The notes under the pieces are model-generated. The model did not search any database. It was not told the origin of the DNA and saw nothing but the letters and a program-made list of their open reading frames with translations. 43,522 nucleotides of DNA. Source: Thelocarpon superellum. Taxonomy: Eukaryota. Below are positions 1 to 9,149 of this stretch, piece after piece. Each line of letters starts with the position of its first letter. Positions within the stretch are counted from its first letter, which is position 1. The stretch covers positions 1 through 43,522 of the forward strand of contig JAPEUG010000113.1 in NCBI GenBank assembly GCA_026025795.1. The letters run 5' to 3'. The position numbers and the translations under genes are program-made.

Positions 1-2
1 CC

Positions 3-764
3 CCACACCCTGCGACGCGTCTCACGGTGTTAATATCAGGGAGCGGAACCAATCTGCAAGCTCTCATTGACGCCACCACCGCTCATGCTCCACCTCCTTC
101 ATCATCCTCGTCTAGCTCTTCGCCCACCACACTTCCCAATACCACGATCATTCGCGTCATCTCCAATCGCAAGGCCGCCTATGGACTGACACGGGCATCA
201 AACGCCGGGATTCCCATCGCCTACCACAATCTAGTTCCTTATAAGACACTGTACCCTTCACAGCAGGTCGCCGAAGCAATTCCTACGGTGGCTCCGTCGG
301 CGACCGTACCGTCTACCACGGCTGCGCGGGCGGCGTACGACCAAGATCTGGCAGCGCTGATCCTGTCCGATTCTCCTCCGCCGGATGTCGTGGTCTGTGC
401 CGGGTGGATGCACATTCTCTCGCCGTCCTTCCTGGACCCGCTGGCCGCTGCGCGGATTCCGGTGTTGAATCTCCATCCGGCGCTTCCAGGGCAATTTGAT
501 GGTGCCAATGCCATTGAACGGGCGTGGGAGGCGAAACGGAGAGGCGAAGTGGAGCGGACGGGCGTCATGGTGCACTACGTCGCTCCTGAGGTGGATCGAG
601 GCGAAGCGGTATTGAGCCAGGAGATCGACTTACGAGAGGGCGAGGATTTACACGGTTTGGAGCAACGGATACATGTGGTGGAATGGAAGCTTCTTGTGCA
701 AGCCACTGGCATCGTTATCAGGCGCTTATGGAAGGAGCGGGAAGGAGAGACGAGACGGGAATGA
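3..764 (+). CDS. ADE8: Phosphoribosylglycinamide (GAR) formyltransferase, 5'-truncated by the window edge
   Basis: Frame is open from position 3 (PHPATRLTVLISGSGTNLQAL), so the start lies upstream. Motifs: VLISGSGTNLQAL, VVCAGWMHILS, catalytic NLHPALPG and EVDRG, TGVMVHYV. Stop TGA at 762-764. Confidence 0.95.
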   Translation, partial: PHPATRLTVLISGSGTNLQALIDATTAHAPPPSSSSSSSSPTTLPNTTIIRVISNRKAAYGLTRASNAGIPIAYHNLVPYKTLYPSQQVAEAIPTVAPSATVPSTTAARAAYDQDLAALILSDSPPPDVVVCAGWMHILSPSFLDPLAAARIPVLNLHPALPGQFDGANAIERAWEAKRRGEVERTGVMVHYVAPEVDRGEAVLSQEIDLREGEDLHGLEQRIHVVEWKLLVQATGIVIRRLWKEREGETRRE

Positions 765-991
765 TTCTAGATGGCGTAATCGAGCGATCATGCGAAACGA
801 CAACACCTCGATCCTTGCCTCTCGATGCTGCACATCACCTTGAGCGGTCATGGGAAGGATACATCTCATCTCATCGACTTGAATGTGAAAGTGCCCCAAA
901 GACTGCCGGCCCATCACATATATCATGACTCGACACGTCAGTTCCGATTCCGTGCACGGTCTCTCGGCCCAGTCCTTCTGCAAGCCGCAGC

Positions 992-1408
992 TCACTCGCC
1001 GTCGTCATCCCCGCCCTGTCGCGCAGGCTGGGAACCGATCTCTTGGGGAGAAAAATTAGTTTCGGCTGCTTCAGAGAGATAGAAGGTCGACCAGCTTACT
1101 TTGACAACGCACGGCCTCAATCGTCCAATTACCCATGCTCGTACTTCCCTCAATCGTCTGATTACCACTCTGATTACCACTGCTCGTAGGGGAGACGCAT
1201 GCGAGATAGGTCCACATATCCGGGCAAACGGCACTCTCCGAGAGCTGACAAGGCGCTCCAACGCTTTGACGACACGATCAGCTTCTCCATGTCCACCAGC
1301 TGAGACGCGAAGGTGGACTCACACGTAGTTCTCGCGCGGGACGAGCGGGCCGGCAATGGTGCTGGAGAGGAAGGCCACAAGGGCCACGAGAGCGGCGAGT
1401 CGAGCCAT
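992..1408 (-). CDS. Small secreted cysteine-containing protein, 99 aa, three exons (not in ORF track)
   Basis: Exons 1408-1323, 1263-1100 and 1041-992 total 300 nt in one frame. ATG in CACAATG context. Introns GTGAGT..GCTGAT..AAG (59 nt) and GTAAGC..ACTAAT..AAG (58 nt). Product MARLAALVALVAFLSSTIAGPLVPRENYVVGAPCQLSESAVCPDMWTYLACVSPTSSGNQSGNQTIEGSTSMGNWTIEAVRCQKIGSQPARQGGDDDGE, with a signal-peptide-like N-terminus. Confidence 0.75.
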
Positions 1409-2932
1409 TGTGCTGCGATGTGAGAGAGCCGGGCGACTACTTGGAACGCTAGCTGGAACAGAAAGAAGAAGGAGAAGAGAGGCGACTTGAGCGGTCTGGG
1501 AGACGGAGACCGCGGATGCTGTATCTTGCCGTCAAGATGGTGTTCGTCCCGCGGATTCTGGCCGTCTTCTTGTAGCCCACACCGCGAGACCTTGCAAGGG
1601 CTCTTCATCTAGCAAATCGTCCTCGCGTGTCCATGCAAAGACCGCATCTGACTCGGTCTCGGCCCTAAAACGCGCAACGTTTCTATCATGCAAATGGAGG
1701 TTGCAGGGAGCATTATCCGCCCAGACGGTTGACAACTGGACCAGAGACAAGGGACGATGCAACGCCACCCTGGCATCTTGCGGAACGATGGTGTGCTGTT
1801 TGGGTCAAGTGGAGCCTACAGGGGCTGAGTGTGGCAAAGAAACAGGCATGGAAAGGGCTGAGGATTGCATGGATTTCATGCTGCGGCGATCTCTGCATGC
1901 TGTGTGGAGCTCCCGCATGGAAACGAAGCAGCGTGAAGTGAGGCAGAATTCGTGCGCAACTAGCGCACTGATCGTTTGCTGTTCTCGCTTAACCCTGTTG
2001 CATGCACAGTGAAACACACTTACTACTACAGAGTGTTTTCATGCAGCTGCGTGTTGGAAGGATGACATAATCTACAGTCACAGCAGTTGGTCAAAAAGGG
2101 CAGAACAGGAAATGCTGCATTAGGGTTTCCCATATATTTAGTATGGGGAGTCTCAAAAAGAGTTTCAACAGTTAGCCTTGATACCATCGACACCATTTTC
2201 CCCACTGCGCAACACTGCGCCTACGCGTACAAACGTCATGTGAATCATGCTACCCTCTGGATGCCATGGTAAACAAGCTCTTGCGTGGCTGGTCATGACC
2301 ATCCAATTGCGTGAACGGACCTGCGAGATCATTACTGGTGCATGTCGTGGCCAGAGAGAGGGCCGTCCCTGTTACCCTGAACTACCGTTTCATGGTACGC
2401 CATGATGCCAGTGATGTTGACGCTAGCTGCCAGACTACGAGTCCTTCCTTTGTCACTCGTTCATCACTCACACGCGAATCAAGGGGTGTGACGACGAGGC
2501 TTACAGCTAGGCGGAAACAGTAGACGTCATTAATAGGAGTTGACTCTGTGGCTCCTAGGGCTCATAGACCTATGACTAGCCTCCTCGTGTTACTCGAGTT
2601 GAACGCTGGGGCTCTGCTAGCTCACAGCGGGACTCGGTTTATATACAGCGTGCCAGGTCACGTGCCCCATCTCGTGATCATCACGTGACATCTCCTATCC
2701 TCACAGCGAGGCGTGGAGCTCCCGGCCTCACAACGGGCTTGGACCCATCATTCTGGTGTTGGGGGTGATCGCGTCGTTCATCGCTCCCTACAGTATAATT
2801 CCATACTCCTGTGGTGATCGCAAATCAGTCGTCGCTTCTCTATCCTTCCCATCTCCCTTCCAACCTTTCGTGCTTCCCACGTTCCCCGACCCTCATCCAC
2901 CACGTCCCCTACCTCGCGTCTTCATTCTCGCC

Positions 2933-5036
2933 TTATCCCGTTGGAGCCATTCCGGAAGACTCATCCCCAGCATCCTCCTCTGCTTCGACCCGCACAAGAA
3001 CCTCCTCGAGAAAGCCCTCGAGGAACCACTTGACCTCTCCCCCCATCCCCACCGGAGCCCGTCGATCCCACTCTTCAATTTCACGGAAAGCATGCGCGGT
3101 CTTGATGACCAACCGACGAAGCTTGTCGTGCGCGTGCTGGGCTCGTTGATCTGTCGTGGCCGAGCTGGGCGCCGACGATGATGCCTGTCGCGTGCCCTGG
3201 AGCTGGTAGGTCCGTCGCTGCAAGGCGGCTTCTAACGCCGGAATGACCACCCCGCTCAAGGCCGTCAGCTCCGCGTCCGGGCGGACGCTGGGAAAGATGT
3301 CGCTACTCCGTCGAGACGGAGACTCATGTGCGGGCCGGGCCGTGGATGCCACTGGTAAGGGTTGTAGTCGAGCGGACGCTGACGGGGCGGTGAAGGCGGG
3401 TAGCGGCTGCTGAGGTTGCGATCGCGGTGGGGGTGGGGGTGGGTGGGGAGGAGTGGGTTTCGAGGCAGCGTGGGGCGGGCCCTGGAAGGGGGGAATCGGT
3501 TGGAGTTTCATGGCCGATGGTGAGGTCGTGGGCGTCGTAGGCGACGATCCTAGTCCTGCAGGTGACGCCACCTCCTTCCGTCGAATCTCGCTCCCCAGCT
3601 TCAGGTTCCCCATGTTCCGAAGCAATGAGTCCTCCGGTCGCTTCCCTTTCATGGGCGACTCGTTCTTTGGTCGGTGCGACGGCGGCGACTTGACTGGTGA
3701 CTGAGGGAGAGGAACGCGAGCGGCGACACTGGGCGATGGTGGCCGAGGTCCGGGTGGATGCGATCGCTTCGGGGGCGACGACGCTCGAGCCTGGTGGCCT
3801 TTCATCGTTTCCTCACTCTTCGTCTTGGGCACGCGCACTCCAGTCTCTTCCCCTTGACATCGCGCATTGGCCGCCGCGTCGTTCATCGCCTTCAACCCGG
3901 CCGCACGACCCGCCCCAACCGCCCGTACCGTACCAAAGTCCCATAGATCCTCATTCTCGTGATGGCTCTCGGCCAGCGTGCCAGGCGAGTCTTCCTCGTC
4001 GTCCGAGTCTCGATTGGCGTGATGCACGGCCCATCGCTCATGGCGTTCGATCAGCTCCGTGAGATAGGTCGTCTTCTTGGCGCGGCGGATGAAGGCGTGT
4101 TTCAGCAGATCCTTGGCCGACGGTCGATCACGCGGATCTCGCTTCAGACACAGCTCGACAAAGTCCTTGAAAGAACGGCTGAAGCTGCCGTCCAGCACGG
4201 GTGGAGGATTCTTGGGGATCAAAAAGAGCACCTTCATCGGGTGGATGTCGGCGTACGGTGGTTCTCCCTTGGCCAGCTCCAAGGCGGTGATCCCCAACGA
4301 CCAGATGTCGGCCTTGTGGTCATATCCCGACTGCTTGATCACCTCGGGCGCCATCCAGAAGGGTGTGCCGACAAAGGTATTCTTCTTGGTCATCGTCGCC
4401 GACAGTTGGCCCGACACGCCAAAGTCGGCCAACTTGACCTGCCCGTTGGCGCCGAGTAAGACGTTGGCGGCTAGGACGATTAGCCCCTGCCACGGATCCA
4501 CCCCAGGGACCTCACCTTTGATATCTCGATGCAACTTCTTGTCCCCATGGAGGTAGTCCAATCCCATGAGCAACTCCTTCATGATGATGGTGATGTACTC
4601 CTCAGGGATCAGGCCAGGCTTCATCAGGTCGTTGCAGCTGCCGCCGGAGCAGAATTCCATAATGATCCACAGGTCCGAGCCCTTCAGAAACGAGCCATGA
4701 TAGCGGGTGACGTAGGGCGAGTTGAGTTCCGAGAGAATGGCAATCTCCTGGATGATATCCTCCACCTCATCATCCGCGTTCTCCACGTCAATGACCTTGA
4801 TGGCGACGGATTGGCCCGTGCGTTTGTCAAGTCTATCCGTGTGAGTGGCAGCTTGGGCACGTTCGAGGCACGACTCACCCTTTGTAAACCTTTCCAAAGC
4901 TGCCACCACCTGTACACGTTAGGTCAGGCATGACCCGATCTCCAGGCTCTGCAATCTCACCGATGCAATTCTGTTTCGTGTAGAGCGTCTCTGGATCGAC
5001 TATCCCCGTCATCCCACCGCCGTTCGTCTTCGCCAT
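2933..5036 (-). CDS. Ste20-family germinal-centre kinase (GCK-III / STK24-STK25 / fungal MST-1-like)
   Basis: Exons 5036-4961, 4909-4879, 4832-4516 and 4470-2933. Splicing restores [45 protein letters not shown] and [19 protein letters not shown]. Pro/Ser-rich linker and helical C-terminal segment ([14 protein letters not shown]). Confidence 0.93.
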
Positions 5037-6440
5037 GTTGGTAGAGGTGACAGCGACGACGCGCCGTCCGGCCCAGTCAGGTTGGTGTCGAGGTCAAAGT
5101 TCGCCCAAGATGGCGGTGTGGGATAACGTGGGTCCAGCGTGGGCTCTAGCGCGGCTACTCGACCAGCGACGGGTCGAGAGTCGAGGGTCGAGGATCGTGC
5201 GTATCCCCGGGGAAGTCACTCCGGGGACAAGACGAACGGAGCCCTGTCGTCCAGTCGAGTCGAGGCCGGGGAATGATGGTCGATGGTGCTCTCGCGGACT
5301 AGGACAACCATCAGCAAAGTGAACGCGGTGGTGGAGGTGATGCGCGCACAAGCGTGCAGCGGCGCACATACCTTGCAAGGGTACGACACGTACCTACCGT
5401 GCTGTGGTGGCGATAACGGGCACACGCCGGCGGAACGTAAGATTGGTGCAGGCGAGGGATAGATGCGGCGGATACTGCATGGAGCGTAAAGGAAGAGACA
5501 CGTTCAGTCGTCAGGTCTCGTGATCTCATTCAACAAATCATGCTCATGATGGAACGCGGGGTAAATATCGATGCGATGAGAGAGGGAGCGAGTAACGACT
5601 CGAGACAGGATACTCGTAGTAGCGGTAGGGACGTATCGGTCGCGGAGAGTTCACGGCATGGCGAGGAAATTGGCTGGTATGATGTGCATGATGATGGTTC
5701 GTTTCTCCCACGGACGCCGCCAGACACACTAGCATTCTTCTTGGAACAGCCGCCGTCGCCTGCGTGCCCATCGACTCGTACCAAAGGGCTTTGTTGACAG
5801 GGGTTCCAGCACCACGATGAATGGGGAGTAGCCCGTGCGGGTAGGTGATACAGTAACCAAGTATTATTCGAGCTTAGCAGCGGGCAGGTGGCATTTCATG
5901 GGTTCGGTTGGCTCCCGGTCAATTCCCCACTAAGTTGGTCGCGTATGCAGGCTAGGAGAAATGTAATATCCATGGGGCTGAAGGTACCAGTACTCGTACT
6001 CGAACTCGAACAGCTTATCTGATTGGTGGGACGTTGGGGGTGTCGGTTGCGGCTCCCGCTTAGGACCTCCCATCCCCACTCGGGAGTCGAGATGGAATTC
6101 ATCGATGGTGCCGTACAGTTGGACGGGACAAAGGGCTGGGGTGCACAGTATGAAGAATGGTCTGACAAAGCTCAATATCTAGCGAAGCGAAAGATGGGAC
6201 GTATCATCACCCAGCTCCGGATCTCCTGATGGTGTTCGGGTCGTTGCATCGTCAGAACGTGCCGCCGTCTACACGAGACGTACATTTCAGATGAATGGAG
6301 AGGCAAGAGCAAATTGAGGCTTCTGTGCGAGAGCGACCCGGAACAATCTGTATCCCTGTCAAACGCCCATTTACCCATTGTCCGTGACCCGTGACCTGCC
6401 TTGGGCACGACACGTGGGATGCCATATGCCGACCGTCGTG

Positions 6441-6540
6441 CATCCGTCATCTGTCATCCTTCACCCGTCATCCGTCATCCGTCATCCGTCATCCGTTATC
6501 CGTCATCCGTCATCAGTCATCCATCATCCATCGATCCATC
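6441..6540. repeat. Degenerate 7-bp tandem repeat (TCATCCG)n, about 14 units
   Basis: catccgtcatctgtcatccttcacccgtcatccgtcatccgtcatccgtcatccgttatccgtcatccgtcatcagtcatccatcatcc, directly downstream of the UBX gene stop codon. Confidence 0.9.
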
Positions 6541-8377
6541 AACCCTCCAAGAATTCTATCATGACCGTCTGGTTCTTCAATCCCGCTTGCTCAATCGTCT
6601 CATCGATATGCTCCAAGAGATTCTTCCCCATGCACACCAGCTCAAACTCGATCCCGGCCTTGCCTTCCAGCGGCTCGGCCTTGAGCCACTCGTAGATTCG
6701 TCGGACCGGATCGCCGTGGGCAAATCGGCGGATGATGCGCCCGCCCGCATGGCGGAACTGGATGCGAGTGACGCGGGCGGGATCTGCCGGTGGTTCGACG
6801 TGTGCGTGGGTGGTGGCGACGCCGGCAAAGACCGAGGGCGTCGCCGCCAGCGCTCCCGTCATGGCGTGCCCGTTAGGAGTGCCGGCATCGGCGTCCATGA
6901 TCGACGCGTCATCCGCGCGGCCCTTGCCCTTGCCCTCGTTCCGCGACCCACCGGACTCGTGGCGGGTCAGAGCGTCGGGATCGAGGTCAACAGGTGTGCG
7001 GGCGTGGCCCAGGCTATTCTGCATCGCCATCTCCAACATCTCCTCTTCCGTCATCTGCTCCACGTCAACGGGCTTCTTCTTCTCCGGCCGCCGCGTCGCT
7101 ACGGGGTTCTTGGCGTGGGCCTTTAGGCTGTACCGGTCGAGGAACTCGTGAAGCTGCATCAGGTAGTCCAGCGGCTTCGGCACCGGCGGGCCCGACCACA
7201 CCTTGACTTGCTCCCCCGTGCGGGGGTCGACGATGGCGATGTGCGGGTAGGCGTCTTGCAGGTCCTGGTTCTTGAAGTAGAACTGCATGTACTGCGCCCC
7301 CAGCGGGTCGTCCTTGTTGTACTGCATGAAGATGAAATGCTCCCGGATCGTCTCCTTGATCTCCGCATGCTTCCAGATGTCCCGGTTGAGGATCTGGCAG
7401 TCAAACACCGACGGGTCTTGAACGTTGACCAGCAGCCATCGCTCGCGCGCCTTGCCCTCGTCTCGTGCCTGGTCCCACGGGAGCCGTGACATGATCTCAT
7501 GCGGCGGCCGATACATCTCCGCCAGGAGACTTGCCTTGGACGAGGCCTCCGACGCGCCGCCCGTCGCTTGCGCCAGCACCTGTCGACGCTGGCTGGCTTG
7601 CGGCACCTCCTCATCCCACACCGACGCCGCCGTCGCTCGTTGATTGAAGATGCCTGGGCGTGCTATCCGCTCCGTTAGCTCACGTTGCCGCCGTCATTTC
7701 CATATCCGTCGCCGCCTACCCGATCGATCTCGTCGCGCCGCGAGCTGCGCCTCCACGGCCGCTCGCGGGTCCATGAACATCTCCCGCTCCAGTCCCACGT
7801 GAGGACCCACCAAGGTTTCCGTCGTCCGTGCCATCGGCGCCCGTACTCCATCCGCGTCCCGACCCGTGCCGTCGCTCCCATCGCCACCCGCGTAGAGTTC
7901 CTCCTGCATCCGCCGGGCAAAGGCCTCGTCGTCTTCCACGGACCGTCCCCCAGGTAGAGCGGTCGACTCCAGGGGGGCACTGATGCCTGCTGGTGCGCTC
8001 GCCCCGGTCGACTCGGTGGGCGCTCGCCGGTTCCAGCCGGTGATCTCCGGGTCATTATCGTCACTGATCTCCTCGTCCGAATCGAGATTCACCAGCGGTC
8101 CCGTGATGCGGCGGGATCCTGGTGGTGGTCGGGCAGACGTGGATGCTTGGCGCGTGGCCGTTGTGGGCGCAGATGCAGGTGCGGGCGCGGGTGGTCCCGA
8201 TGGGGCCGCCGGGGCCGAGGCGGGCTCTTGGCCATCCAGCTCGATGCCGCCGGAATCAAAGAAGAGCTGAATGGCTTGCTCCAAATTTCCATCGGCGAGC
8301 TCGAGATATTGTTGGGCCGCTCGCGGATTGCTCCCCGTGATGCCCGTGAACTGTGCCACAGCGTCCTCATGATCCAT
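6539..8377 (-). CDS. UBX5: UBX-domain Cdc48/p97 cofactor (UBA-like, UAS/thioredoxin-like, UIM-like, UBX), Ubx5/UBXN7-like
   Basis: Exons 8377-7720 and 7662-6539; 57-nt intron GTAGGC..GCTAAC..TAG. N-terminal UBA-like AVAQFTGITG..NLEQAIQLFF, UAS WLLVNVQDPSVFDCQILNRDIW, UIM-like TEEEMLEMAMQNSL, C-terminal UBX TRIQFR..RRF..TIEQAGLKN. Confidence 0.9.
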
Positions 8378-9149
8378 CGTCGTGGCGGTCTCGACGGACG
8401 CCCGAGCAATGGTAGGGGGAGGGGATGGCGATCGTCGACGGTCTCCGTGAACGTGCACACCGAGCAGGGAACTGCGCAGAAATGGAGGGGATCCCTCAAC
8501 CCTCGCGGAGGTGAAGTGAAGGGGAGGGTGAGGTAGATCCCAACGGAGGATGAGCTGGGGAAGAAGTAGATGACGAGCGTCCTGGTGGTCGACGAGGATA
8601 ATGATCTTGGGTCAATGTGGGGCGCTCACGTGGTAACAAGTGGCGGACACATTCTCCAAAAGATGAGAAGAAGATGGTTCATCTCCCGGTCTTCATCACC
8701 TCACTGTCTCATGTAGAAGGGTGTCAGGTCGGAGCGTAGTTCTGCCATGCTCCGTGATAATCTAGACGCTCCGTGAACTTGGGGGGCACTCCCAACGCCT
8801 TTCGCGTAGGTTGCCTACTTATGACGACGCCGGGCCTCAGCAGCGCTTACTTAAACGTGACTCGGTCGGCCTGTTCCAAGAGCATGTCACGTGGATCGGG
8901 CTGGCAAGCACGTGACATTCCCTGTCCTCCGCTGGGGGAGGTAGGGAGAAGTGGAAGATGCATAGGGTACCTTCACACGAAATGGATGGTGAATTTAAAT
9001 GTGTCTAATGGCAGCTCTACGTCGAAATATTCGACACGGATAATAATGGATCCATCACATCCTTGGTTGATGAAGCCAAAGTCAGGAACAAGGGACATCT
9101 CGAGGCGCACCAGACGCCATCGTCGGCGCATGCCGGGGCTAGACGCGTG

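Noticed and set aside
1985..2130. Telomerase RNA template (TAACCCT and TTAGGGTT words)
   Set aside because: Isolated 7-8 nt matches only, without a full 1.5-repeat template or other recognisable domains.
6130..6290. Intronic C/D snoRNA suggested by GTGATGA on the minus strand
   Set aside because: No CTGA box D at a suitable distance and no clear rRNA-complementary guide.
6441..6540. CRISPR array
   Set aside because: Simple 7-bp tandem repeat with no spacers, in a eukaryotic context with no cas genes.
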